A DNA stretch of 46,525 nucleotides from a virus (Duplodnaviria; Caudoviricetes): the IMG/VR virus record IMGVR_UViG_3300043443_000500, positions 1 to 46,525 of that record. One strand, 5' to 3'. The notes below the pieces were generated by a model. That model made no database searches. It was not told the origin of the DNA and saw only the letters and a list, made by a program, of their open reading frames with translations. Positions 24,864-34,499 of the stretch are shown here, piece after piece; positions within the stretch are counted from its first letter, which is position 1, and every line of letters starts with the position of its first letter. The position numbers were made by a program, and so were the translations under genes.

Positions 24864-25085
24864 TTAACCGCAGCAGGAACTGCCACGAAGACGAAAACGA
24901 AGCTTTCCACCACGGAAAACTTTCTCCTCCTGAATCTGCACTGGCTTTACCACAGGTTTTTCCTGTTTGGTCTCCACTGGTTGTGCAACGCCACATTGGC
25001 CATTAGCACAGCTTGATCCACCACGCTTAAATGGTAGATCAACCACCTGGGAACTCAAAGCCACTGCTAAAATAAAACTGGTCAT
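24864..25085 (-). CDS. Small secreted Cys-containing peptide
   Basis: Short signal-like N-terminus MTSFILAVALSS, CANGQC, Arg-rich end with CCG; GGAGG RBS. Confidence 0.7.
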   Translation of the reverse strand: MTSFILAVALSSQVVDLPFKRGGSSCANGQCGVAQPVETKQEKPVVKPVQIQEEKVFRGGKLRFRLRGSSCCG

Positions 25086-25119
25086 GATGCTTCCTCCTAA
25101 AGAAAAGTGACCGCTGATA

Positions 25120-26064
25120 TTATAGCGTCCAATCTATCTTTCGTGCAGGGTATCCGTCAAAATTTGAGAAAGAAAAAACTTCTTCCCTGCAAACACGATC
25201 CATGTCCGAGGCTTTCATCCAGTACGATCCTTTGGGTTCCCCATAATTGCCAGGAGGTGTTCCATGAGCATTGCCCCAAGAATTCTGGATCAAAAATATC
25301 AAACCGAATTCGGGATGCTCGGTATACCCTAAACAAGATTGCTGATGCCCCCAAGAATCATTTCTGGTGGCCAACAGGATTGATGGTGTCCCCTTGGGTT
25401 GCAGTCTTAATGAAGAAAAACCAAACCATCCAGAAGCAATGGTTACTGGATATCCGTTTCGCAATGCGGTTTTTACCTGATCACTATTGGAAAGTTTGGA
25501 TGTCGATCGAACCTTGAATTTATTGGCAGTAGCCTCAATATTGATCGGTGGCCTGTCTCCATTAGACCATTTCATCTCGGCAGATGCACCCCATGTCCAT
25601 GAACCATCGGACTGCTTCATGGGTTGAGGGTAAGAAGAATCCAACGGAGGACATCCGTCTTCATTAAGGGATTCTGCCATCGATGATCCAAACGAACCTT
25701 CTCCCTCGCCATGCAGACCACCTCTGGTTCTGGATTGCCCGTAATTGTACAGAATGAATGGTGTTCTCCACTCTTCATAGGTCTGGCCAGAAGTCAAGAT
25801 TTCAACGGCCTGTAAAGTGGCCATAACGGCCAATGCACCATGTCCTACACAAGAGCCGGTCTTCTGATCCCATGGAAAGAATTCGTATCCAGCAGCTTTG
25901 TTTACAACCTTATAAAGCAAAGCCTCTTTAACATCAGTATCTTCACCAGTGATGCCGAATGGGACGAGCTTGGAATTGAATTTATCCTGAAGTTCCTGTG
26001 GTTGCGACTCAATCGGCAACCAACCCATTCGCTTCGGAGTTCCACCAAAAGGATTATCTAACAT
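25120..26064 (-). CDS. Papain-like (clan CA, C1-type) cysteine peptidase
   Basis: DQ.TGSCVG (oxyanion Gln and catalytic Cys), WGHQQ (His), QNSWG (Asn), G..WM. Confidence 0.85.
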   Translation of the reverse strand: MLDNPFGGTPKRMGWLPIESQPQELQDKFNSKLVPFGITGEDTDVKEALLYKVVNKAAGYEFFPWDQKTGSCVGHGALAVMATLQAVEILTSGQTYEEWRTPFILYNYGQSRTRGGLHGEGEGSFGSSMAESLNEDGCPPLDSSYPQPMKQSDGSWTWGASAEMKWSNGDRPPINIEATANKFKVRSTSKLSNSDQVKTALRNGYPVTIASGWFGFSSLRLQPKGTPSILLATRNDSWGHQQSCLGYTEHPEFGLIFLIQNSWGNAHGTPPGNYGEPKGSYWMKASDMDRVCREEVFSFSNFDGYPARKIDWTL

Positions 26065-26714
26065 TATTTGAGTTCCTTTGCTACCTGTGTGAATACAGAA
26101 GTCATCAAGTCTCTGGTTGCCTTGTCCAGTTCTTTGTCAGCATCCTGGGGCAATTTGGCATTCAGTCTCTTCCCAATGACTGTCCTTAAATTGGAAAGTT
26201 CATCGGGACGGAATTGCTTGTTGATTGCTGTTTTTGCAGCACGGAAAAGATCACCAGCGGTCTTGTAGTCATCCTTCTGACATTCCTTGGCAAGCTCTTC
26301 GTAGAATTGTGAAAGCCATTTTACCGCTTCTTTTTCCTCTTTTTTTGCTGCCTCAGAAATGTCCGATGCAGCAGGAGTCGGACTTGGAGGAGTATCAGGA
26401 TTATCTGGATTTGGAACAGGGCTATTGCCAACAAGGACTGTACACATCGCTGCGTCCGATGGGCCAGTTTCATCCGATGTGTAAGCATATACTCTAAACC
26501 TTCCCTCCGGCCCAGTCACCACTAGAGTTTTAGTGTCCTTGAGAAGTTCCACAGGGAACATATTCAGCCCAGGATCAGGACATAACCATTTGACAGTAAG
26601 TCCAGCCTTGGTCGTGGCTGGAATCGTAATAAACGCATTTGGTTGCCCCGAAATTTGCTTGGGCAACTCAATGGTTGGTGCATGAAAAATCGCAAACAGA
26701 ATGAGTAAATTCAT
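26064..26714 (-). CDS. Signal-peptide protein: Ig-like domain, Pro-rich linker, helical domain
   Basis: MNLLILFAIFHA signal; beta-rich segment; PVPNPDNPDTPPSPTP linker; TAATG coupling to the peptidase. Confidence 0.7.
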   Translation of the reverse strand: MNLLILFAIFHAPTIELPKQISGQPNAFITIPATTKAGLTVKWLCPDPGLNMFPVELLKDTKTLVVTGPEGRFRVYAYTSDETGPSDAAMCTVLVGNSPVPNPDNPDTPPSPTPAASDISEAAKKEEKEAVKWLSQFYEELAKECQKDDYKTAGDLFRAAKTAINKQFRPDELSNLRTVIGKRLNAKLPQDADKELDKATRDLMTSVFTQVAKELK

Positions 26715-27034
26715 GGTCTTCTTCGTATCCTTTCCTTTTGTCCTTGAGCGTCATACTCCACACTAGGATTCCAACTCGTCCAACTGTCCAGATGCCCCAA
26801 TAGGAAGTGGCATCGTTTACATAGGGTTAGGAGATTGGTTGGTTCATACTCTAATGACCTATCCAATGAATATGGATAGATATGATGCACTTCCAATGCT
26901 TCCTTTTTATAGCATCCAGCACATTGAGGATTTTTCTCAATATGCTCTTTCCGCACTTGGGGCCACTTCCAGCCCCTGCCTATAAAAAAGCGGAAATCAG
27001 TATCTTCAAGGCTGTTTTCAAAATCAAGGCCCAA
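26711..27034 (-). CDS. HNH endonuclease (start uncertain)
   Basis: CAGC...EVHHIYP...NLLTLCKRCH...H. Confidence 0.85.
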   Translation of the reverse strand: MGLDFENSLEDTDFRFFIGRGWKWPQVRKEHIEKNPQCAGCYKKEALEVHHIYPYSLDRSLEYEPTNLLTLCKRCHFLLGHLDSWTSWNPSVEYDAQGQKERIRRRP

Positions 27035-27297
27035 GGTACGATACCCAGGGTAACCTCATTAGCGTGGAATTTGCTTTGTTCCAGAGCCTGATCCAACAAG
27101 CTGGCAAAGTCTTCCAAACCAATCTCACGGCCTTCAAAAATCGTTTTATCCTCTGGCAATGCCTGTGCAGAAGCATATCCAACGACATTCCAAAGTGCCT
27201 TGGCAAATTCTCGATTGCTAACATCTTCCTTGCCACGAATTTTGTTGATGCATAGTAAGATAGCATCGGTTGGCATCGAATCAGGAAAATCAATCAT
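26980..27297 (-). CDS. Hypothetical protein with a C-terminal amphipathic/hydrophobic helix
   Basis: Ends IVPWALILKTALKILISAFL; coupled to the holin-like gene. Confidence 0.65.
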   Translation of the reverse strand: MIDFPDSMPTDAILLCINKIRGKEDVSNREFAKALWNVVGYASAQALPEDKTIFEGREIGLEDFASLLDQALEQSKFHANEVTLGIVPWALILKTALKILISAFL

Positions 27298-27569
27298 TAG
27301 TCACCCTTTCTGTGTAGTGCTTCCAGTTCCTTCGTCTGTCGCAAAATCTCTGTCAGTATTTTCATGGAATCGGTCTGAGCCTTGGTCACTTCTCCGATTC
27401 CTGATTCGAGTCGGTCGATGAAGAGCATATGTCTCTGGTGCAATGGTAGGAGAATATTAACCCCAACCCAACTGCCACCCCGATACACGCACCAGACAAG
27501 AAAAACAAGAAAAGTAAGGGTAACCCCAAATCTTTCAATTAAGCTCACAAAGTCAATTTCGGCGATCAT
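27297..27569 (-). CDS. Holin-like membrane protein
   Basis: LIERFGVTLTFLVFLVWCVY transmembrane helix followed by a coiled coil; position after the fibre genes. Confidence 0.6.
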   Translation of the reverse strand: MIAEIDFVSLIERFGVTLTFLVFLVWCVYRGGSWVGVNILLPLHQRHMLFIDRLESGIGEVTKAQTDSMKILTEILRQTKELEALHRKGD

Positions 27570-28075
27570 ATTACCACCACTTCTTCAATCGTGGAGGCGT
27601 TTTGTACAGCTCGCCTCCGTGCAGCAAAAGTCTTGGAAATACTGCTCCTAAACTCGCCGTATTGTAACATGAAAACCGTCATGGATTGAATATCAGAAAA
27701 CGAGATTTCTTGGCTATCTACCGTGATAATTGGAGGTATTGGATAGCCTAAATTCGCTGCCTCTTTTGCCATGGAAAAGTTCGCAGAAAGCAGGGCCACA
27801 TCTTCAGCAGATATGCCTAAAATGCCCTGTCCAGAATCCCATCCTTGAGCAATAGTCTGGCCCCATTCGTCATCAATTTGAGCAAGTTTTTCCAGCTTTG
27901 CTTTTTCTAATGGCCATCGAGAAACAACTTCTTTGGCAGCTTGTTTCTGCTCATCTGTGGCTTCTTCTTTATAATCAATTCTGAAATTACCATTTCCTAA
28001 ATCGCCAATACCATCGATTGGACATACTTTTGAAATAGATTCAGCCAATTTGGACAAAAATATTAACATATCCAT
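27566..28075 (-). CDS. Tail-fibre assembly/chaperone-like protein (DUF4376-like)
   Basis: CPIDGI...RIDYKEEATDEQK.AA; ends V.NASTIEEV; follows the fibre gene. Confidence 0.6.
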   Translation of the reverse strand: MDMLIFLSKLAESISKVCPIDGIGDLGNGNFRIDYKEEATDEQKQAAKEVVSRWPLEKAKLEKLAQIDDEWGQTIAQGWDSGQGILGISAEDVALLSANFSMAKEAANLGYPIPPIITVDSQEISFSDIQSMTVFMLQYGEFRSSISKTFAARRRAVQNASTIEEVVVI

Positions 28076-31000
28076 GTTCCTACCATTTTACTTGCATCGT
28101 TTGCACCACTAACATTTATAGTGCCTGTTGCTCCACCAGAATATTCAAGCCATGCAATATAATTGTAACCTGTTTGTGGCATAGAACTCATGTTGCTATG
28201 CCTTTGAGCAAACCAACTCAAAGTTCCGCTAACATAAGCTTGACCACTTGAGGTGTAAGTTGGTATTCCTGAAGTTGTATTCAAAGCAGCACTTGGATAA
28301 TAAGCAACAATAGCTGTTGTTGCATAAGTTGTTACAGTCAAGTTGCAAGATACTGAATCCAAAGCAATTCCAGCCACAAATTCTATTTTATTATTTGAAT
28401 TGTTGTTGGCATACCTCCATGCTGCCGTGCTATAAACCCAATTACCAGTCGCATCAGCAACATAAATATTTTTGGAAACCCTATTATTAAAATTCCAAAC
28501 CAATCTTTTGTTTGCAGAATCTTCCGTAGTAGTGGTAGAAGTCGTGCGAATTGTTCCCAAGTATCTTCTAGTTAATGCACCTGTTTTCAAATACACCCCG
28601 TTAGTCATAGTTAATGATGTAGCCCTCGTTGTATCATTAGTCCACGCTGTTAATTCTAGAGTTAGCGTTCCGGCGTTGTTGTATAAAAAAACATCATAAT
28701 TTTTGCCTGATGTAAGAGTTCCTAAAGACAAAGACCGTTGCGTAAATGTATATGTCGCCCAATTAGTTCCGTCATAAAGACTTATTTTGTCACCATTATA
28801 AGGCGTGTAATAGATGGTGGTTTTTGAAGTCTGATCTGTGGTTGAAACAGGAACTCCACTTTCTAAAGTCAACCTACCGCTTGAAAATATACCTTGTGTT
28901 TCCCACGATGGTGCAGATGTACCATTAGATCGCAATATTTGACCACTGGTTCCTGCTGCCAAAAAGCTTGTCGCTCCTGAACCAGTATTGTAAGGAATCT
29001 GTCCTGCACCACCGTTGGCAAGGTTCGTTGAAGAAGATGCATTTCCTGTCAGACTAGCAGTAATGGTTCCAGCAGAAAAGTTTCCAGAACCATCTCTTGC
29101 AACAACTGTCGAGGCAGTATTAGAGCTAGTGGCATCAACATCTATGGTTCCTGAAGTTGTTATGGTTCCACCAGTAAGATAACTTCCGGCAGTTATGCTG
29201 GTAACCGTTCCAGTGCCAGGTGTTCCAATGTAATCAATGGTGAAAGACGGATAAGTTCCGGTGATAGATATATCCGTGCCACCCGTTAGAGACACTATCT
29301 GATCCGGGTCATCATTCGTGATTGTGAACGAAGGATAGGTTCCGGATATCGAAATACTCGTTCCTGCGGTAAGACTGACGACCTGATCAGGATCGGCATT
29401 AGTGATAATTCCTGTGGTATTGTCGTAGGTGATACCAGTACCGGCAGATAATGATTTCCTAGCATCGGAATCCGTATATTGTGTGATGGTGGAACTAATC
29501 GTAAATGACGGATAAGTTCCTGTAACACCAATTCCAGTGCCAGCGGTAAGAGTTACCGTCTGATCTGGAGATGCATTGGTAATTGTGAAACTTGGGTATG
29601 TTCCACTAGTACTTATTCCAGTCCCTGCCGTTAACACTACGGTTTGGTCGGGACTACTGTTGGTAATCTTTCCTGTCGAATTGTCGTAAGTGATTCCTGT
29701 TCCAGCAGACAAAGCCAATCGCACTCTGGCATCGGTGTAATAAAGATTGCTTCCCTCAGAAATGCTGCTGGTGGTTCCAGCGACATTTTCCCAAAGCTTG
29801 GTGCTTGAGTTGTATCGAAGGATGTTGTTGGGTGCAACGCTGGTGATTGAAACATCATGCAATTCATGGAGTTCATAGCCGTTCTGTATTTTTACCTCAA
29901 CCACTCCTTGGGTCGGATGCTGATAGACCACAATACCAACATACACAAGATGGCTTGGTGCTGATGGTTTGGTCGTTGTCCATGCTCCAGCAGTGGTTGG
30001 AGAAAGATACAGTTGCGTTCCAGGGGAATAGGACTGAGTGTCGATGTCGGTCAATCTTCCGGAAACCACCACATATCCGTTGTCTTGATCGGATATGTCT
30101 GATTGAATTATCCCATAAGTCTGTGCCGAATTTGCATCGTTATTCGCCTGAGCCTTGGTAACCGTTGGTAAATTCCCTTGTCCACCATTGATGTAAACAA
30201 CTGTGCCTTTTGTCAGGGTTGAACCAGTTGAGTTATAGACTTCGGTTACGAGATTTAATGCCTGATCTATCGTGGTTGGGAAGGTCTTGAGGCTTCCATC
30301 TCCGGTCACATACTCCGAACCTTTTCCAGAGAAATTGACACCGATGTCCCCGCTAGTGGTGATCGGAGAGTTGCTGATTGTCAAAGCAGTTGATGTTGTA
30401 GTTATACCAACGGAAGTGACTGTTCCACTTCCGGCAGTCCCAGTGTAATCGATGGTGAAATTAGGATAAGTTCCTGTTACCGATATATCGGTTCCACCAG
30501 TAAGACTTACGGTCTGGTCTGGTGCTTCATTGGTGATCACACCTGTCGTATTTTCATAACTAATACCAGTTCCAGCGGATAATGATAACCTGGCATCAGC
30601 ATCTGTGTACTGTGTGATTGTGCAATCGATGGTGAAATCAGGATAGGTTCCAGTAACAGAAACACCAGTACCAGAAGTTAGTGAAACAATCTGGTCAGGG
30701 GCCGTATTATTAATCGTGTAATCGGGTGCAGTTCCGGTCAGGGATATATCCGTTCCAGCAGTGATGGAATTTACCGGATAACTGATCGCAACATTTTGAA
30801 TGCCAGTAACTATGCCTTTATCATTTACCGTCACTTCTGCCACATTCGAACCGTCACCATATGCACCAGCCGTAATCGATTGGGTATTCAATTCCAAACC
30901 AATAAATCCAGAAGTGGTGATTGGTGAATTAGTGACCGTCAAATCCTGAGAAGAAACACCAACGCTGTAGACAGTACCTCCTGATCCACCACCTCCAGTA

Positions 31001-32202
31001 GCGTAGCCATCGAACAGCAAGTGGACGATGTCATTGCTGTCACGCATATAGCCTTTACGATCTGCCACATTGATCGCAAATTCGTTAATTTCCAAATCGG
31101 TATATGCTGGCACAGAACCGGCAATGTAGGATCGCTTCGGTTTAACCGGGATGGGTGGGTTTGGATTTCCGGGATCAGGCTGTGGATACATTTGATTTGA
31201 ATCAGCATGATTGATCAAAAGTATCTTTGATTCAAAATGAATGTAGAAAAGACCATTTCCAGTAATAACCAAATCGGTAAAGGTTGCAATTCCATCAACA
31301 GTAGAAACCAATGTTGTTCCAGTAAGTGTTGCACTTCCAGAGAGAACAACTAAAGTTGCCTCAACATCTGTACTATAAGAAGGAAGCAAAGTGTCTGCTT
31401 GATCGACAATACCTACTACTGGTTGAACTGACAAAGGATCGCCAGAAACAGAAAATTGTGGTTGCTGAAATATTTTTAAACTAATAGGAGCTGATGGAGA
31501 TGCTTCACAAGCAAGTTGAACAAAAGGAATTCCAAGTATTGTTGTCAACCCTATTACATAATAGGTTCCAGATATATCAAAAAAACCAGTTCCTCCTCCA
31601 ACGCTAAAATTGTTTATGGTGATAGAATCACCAACAGTTAAACCATAATTTGTCCAAGCAGAATTATTGTAAAAAGAAATGCAATATGGATTTGTGTTTA
31701 AACCGCCAGTTAGTTTCAGAAGATTTGGATTATTATCATCAAGATAAATGCCATTTGTTGATGTTATTACAGCATTAGTTGACCATGTTGTTGTTGTTGC
31801 CTCGTTTCCATTTTCCCATCCATTAAAACAATTTGCTGATGGAGAATAAAATCCAATATATGCGTATGACCCTCCAGATGATTCGGTATTAAAAATAAGT
31901 ACTGTACCAGCAGTCACCTCAACCCATAAATCAATATAAGGATGCGGAACAGAAGGGTCTGTTTGATAAAGCCAATACCCTCCAACTCCAGGAATTGTTA
32001 TACCACATTCAGATGATTCTCCGATAGAAGAAGATATATCGTACAATATAGAAATAAAACCATTGGATGTTACATCTATTCTAAAACTACAATAATTTGG
32101 ATTTGGCTCCGCTGCTGCTTGTGATATTATAAATGGGTCTGTCTGATAAACACCATTTCCGGTTACATTAACATTATTTTGATTACCTATTGTTATACCC
32201 AT
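28063..32202 (-). CDS. Long modular tail fibre (about 1379 aa)
   Basis: Thr/Ser/Gly-rich; six PDQ.V.LT.GT.I...GTYP.FTI repeats, three YTD..R..LSAGTGI.Y.N.TG.ITN repeats, Ig-like and cement-like domains. Confidence 0.85.
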   Translation of the reverse strand: MGITIGNQNNVNVTGNGVYQTDPFIISQAAAEPNPNYCSFRIDVTSNGFISILYDISSSIGESSECGITIPGVGGYWLYQTDPSVPHPYIDLWVEVTAGTVLIFNTESSGGSYAYIGFYSPSANCFNGWENGNEATTTTWSTNAVITSTNGIYLDDNNPNLLKLTGGLNTNPYCISFYNNSAWTNYGLTVGDSITINNFSVGGGTGFFDISGTYYVIGLTTILGIPFVQLACEASPSAPISLKIFQQPQFSVSGDPLSVQPVVGIVDQADTLLPSYSTDVEATLVVLSGSATLTGTTLVSTVDGIATFTDLVITGNGLFYIHFESKILLINHADSNQMYPQPDPGNPNPPIPVKPKRSYIAGSVPAYTDLEINEFAINVADRKGYMRDSNDIVHLLFDGYATGGGGSGGTVYSVGVSSQDLTVTNSPITTSGFIGLELNTQSITAGAYGDGSNVAEVTVNDKGIVTGIQNVAISYPVNSITAGTDISLTGTAPDYTINNTAPDQIVSLTSGTGVSVTGTYPDFTIDCTITQYTDADARLSLSAGTGISYENTTGVITNEAPDQTVSLTGGTDISVTGTYPNFTIDYTGTAGSGTVTSVGITTTSTALTISNSPITTSGDIGVNFSGKGSEYVTGDGSLKTFPTTIDQALNLVTEVYNSTGSTLTKGTVVYINGGQGNLPTVTKAQANNDANSAQTYGIIQSDISDQDNGYVVVSGRLTDIDTQSYSPGTQLYLSPTTAGAWTTTKPSAPSHLVYVGIVVYQHPTQGVVEVKIQNGYELHELHDVSITSVAPNNILRYNSSTKLWENVAGTTSSISEGSNLYYTDARVRLALSAGTGITYDNSTGKITNSSPDQTVVLTAGTGISTSGTYPSFTITNASPDQTVTLTAGTGIGVTGTYPSFTISSTITQYTDSDARKSLSAGTGITYDNTTGIITNADPDQVVSLTAGTSISISGTYPSFTITNDDPDQIVSLTGGTDISITGTYPSFTIDYIGTPGTGTVTSITAGSYLTGGTITTSGTIDVDATSSNTASTVVARDGSGNFSAGTITASLTGNASSSTNLANGGAGQIPYNTGSGATSFLAAGTSGQILRSNGTSAPSWETQGIFSSGRLTLESGVPVSTTDQTSKTTIYYTPYNGDKISLYDGTNWATYTFTQRSLSLGTLTSGKNYDVFLYNNAGTLTLELTAWTNDTTRATSLTMTNGVYLKTGALTRRYLGTIRTTSTTTTEDSANKRLVWNFNNRVSKNIYVADATGNWVYSTAAWRYANNNSNNKIEFVAGIALDSVSCNLTVTTYATTAIVAYYPSAALNTTSGIPTYTSSGQAYVSGTLSWFAQRHSNMSSMPQTGYNYIAWLEYSGGATGTINVSGANDASKMVGTWIC

Positions 32203-34127
32203 TACCAAGTACCCCCGTCAGAGTACACCCAAACCAACTGATTTGAGTTATCATAAGTCAAAACTTGTCCAGTTGTTCCGTTAAGTGGTATTGGGAATGT
32301 GCTGTCAGCAGCAGAAGTTATTCTTCCATACACATCCACAGTGATATCCGCAGCAACATATGATCCTGCAACCACCCCAGTCTCTGGTAAATCGATATCT
32401 ATGTCGCCAGAGCTTGTGATCGGAGAATTAGTGATCGTGATGGTTCCTAGGGTCGATGTAAGTCCAACGGAAGTTACAGTTCCTTCTTGGCCATCGATTG
32501 TAAAATCAGGGTAAGTGCCAGTAACGCTTATTCCAGTACCGGCGGTTATGGTTACGATTTGGTCTGGTTCTGAGTTTGTTACAGTCACATCACCTGTTGA
32601 TACATCTACCGATATTCCAGTACCAGCGATGATGGAAGTCACACCACCAGTTGCACCAGTAAAGTCGATGGTAAAGTCAGGGTAAGTGCCACTGATCGAA
32701 ATATCAGTTCCACCAGTCAAAGTTACTATCTGATCTGGCTCAGAGTTTTCAATGGTAAAATCTGGATAAACACCTGTGACAGAAATGCCAGTGCTTGCCG
32801 TTAAAGTGACAATCTGATCTGGTTCAGAATTGGTTATCGTTACCGATCCAGTAGACTGATCTACAGATATGCCAGTACCGGCAGTTATGGATGTTACGCC
32901 ACCAGAAGCACCAGTAAAATCAATCGTGAAATCCGGATAAGTTCCACTGATGGAGATGTCGGTTCCACCAGTAATGGTAACAATCTGATCCGGAGCATCA
33001 TTTGTTACCGTTACATCTCCTGTAGCAGTATCTACAGATATTCCTGTTCCTGCAATAATGGAAGAAACACCACCACCGGCTCCGTCTGATGCAGCAGTAA
33101 TTCTTCCATATTTATCGATAGTAATATCAGCGTTTGTGTATGATCCGGCAGTTACTGTTGTTTCATAAAGGTCAACATTAAGAAGACCACTTCCTGTAAT
33201 AAGAAAACTAGAAACATCAAGAGTAGTTGAAGACAGGCCAACAGATGTTACTGTTCCAAGACCTGATCCTGGAACACCAATTACAACATCAACAACGGAA
33301 GTCACTCTTCCATACTGATCTACTGTTATTTGTGGAACACGAAGATTGTCACCATAAGTATTAGCAATAACTCCGCTGTTGTTTAAATCTATTATTATTT
33401 CACCACTAGAAGTTATAGGACTATTGAGAATACTTATTGTTTTTGAAACTATACTTACAGATGTTACTCCAGCAGGTGGAACAACTATTGAACTTGTTTC
33501 TATATCAAGGACTCTCCCCTTTGAATCAATTGTTAAAACAGGAATTAATGTGCTAGAACCGTAAGTTCCTGCCGGAACACCTGTTGTATTTAAATTCAAT
33601 ACTATATTGCCATTGGTTGTTATTGGAGAATTGCTTATTTCAAAATCCGTGGAATCAATTCCAACACTAGTTACTGTTCCAACGCTTCCTCCGGTAACCA
33701 CGGTTAAAGGATCGCCAACAGTTCCTTTTCCTGACAAGGTTGAATCATGCTGAACTTCGGAAATGTATTGTGAGGAAAGGTCAGGAATATCAGACGAAAC
33801 CAAAGCTCTAAAAGATGGAACTCCAGAAGCTCCCTGTGGAGCAGCAAAAACCATCCCTGCTGGCTGATTGATAAAAGTGATATCAATCGTTCCATTGGTT
33901 GTTACAGGTGTTCCAGTAACATCAAAAACAGTTTCTGGTGCAGTTAAATCGACAGAAAATGAACTCGGAGTGGTACTGACATAACGCAGCACAGAAACTG
34001 TACTATCTTTGTTGATAGTTACTTTGGAATATGGTTCGTTAACACTAACTGCTGTTTTAGGTTCAGTTATTTTTGCCGTTACAACGGCTTCATCCACTAT
34101 GACCTTGGCAAAAATGTCATCTGGCAT
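32202..34127 (-). CDS. Repeat-rich tail fibre (641 aa)
   Basis: Four GTVTSV...SPIT.SG.I...L...GV.AG.Y....T.D..GR repeats, four PDQ repeats, C-terminal DGGTW. Confidence 0.85.
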   Translation of the reverse strand: MPDDIFAKVIVDEAVVTAKITEPKTAVSVNEPYSKVTINKDSTVSVLRYVSTTPSSFSVDLTAPETVFDVTGTPVTTNGTIDITFINQPAGMVFAAPQGASGVPSFRALVSSDIPDLSSQYISEVQHDSTLSGKGTVGDPLTVVTGGSVGTVTSVGIDSTDFEISNSPITTNGNIVLNLNTTGVPAGTYGSSTLIPVLTIDSKGRVLDIETSSIVVPPAGVTSVSIVSKTISILNSPITSSGEIIIDLNNSGVIANTYGDNLRVPQITVDQYGRVTSVVDVVIGVPGSGLGTVTSVGLSSTTLDVSSFLITGSGLLNVDLYETTVTAGSYTNADITIDKYGRITAASDGAGGGVSSIIAGTGISVDTATGDVTVTNDAPDQIVTITGGTDISISGTYPDFTIDFTGASGGVTSITAGTGISVDQSTGSVTITNSEPDQIVTLTASTGISVTGVYPDFTIENSEPDQIVTLTGGTDISISGTYPDFTIDFTGATGGVTSIIAGTGISVDVSTGDVTVTNSEPDQIVTITAGTGISVTGTYPDFTIDGQEGTVTSVGLTSTLGTITITNSPITSSGDIDIDLPETGVVAGSYVAADITVDVYGRITSAADSTFPIPLNGTTGQVLTYDNSNQLVWVYSDGGTW

Positions 34128-34137
34128 CTTTGCCTCC

Positions 34138-34488
34138 TTATACTTGTTCTCTGGTGACTTCTGGACTTACCTTAAAATCGCCTTGAACAAGTCTTGTGAC
34201 CTCCGTTCCTGTCACAATCTCCAAGTCGTATTTATAAACACCTTGGATCAGATCAGTAGTATCTTCCGCTGTGATATTTAGCGTTATCTTGTTGTCCAGT
34301 AATGTGATGCGACCATTTTCTGTAGTTAATTCAATAATGATGGTTGTTGATTCAATTGTTGGTCTTACTTGCATTCTTGCAGTGCTGGAATTGTAGTCCG
34401 GAACCGTATTGTCTGCATTGACAACGGTGATTTCACGAATAAATGTAGCACCTTGCTCACAAATAATATTGTAAGTTCCAGCAAGCAT
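34138..34488 (-). CDS. BppU-like fibre-anchoring/baseplate protein
   Basis: AGTYNI..EQGATF...ARMQVR...YDLEI...RL.QG...V.PEVTR. Confidence 0.7.
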   Translation of the reverse strand: MLAGTYNIICEQGATFIREITVVNADNTVPDYNSSTARMQVRPTIESTTIIIELTTENGRITLLDNKITLNITAEDTTDLIQGVYKYDLEIVTGTEVTRLVQGDFKVSPEVTREQV

Positions 34489-34499
34489 GAAAACCCCTA

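Noticed and set aside
28063-34127. Diversity-generating retroelement or invertible fibre cassette
   Set aside because: No reverse transcriptase or invertase; repeats differ at synonymous positions rather than adenine-specifically.
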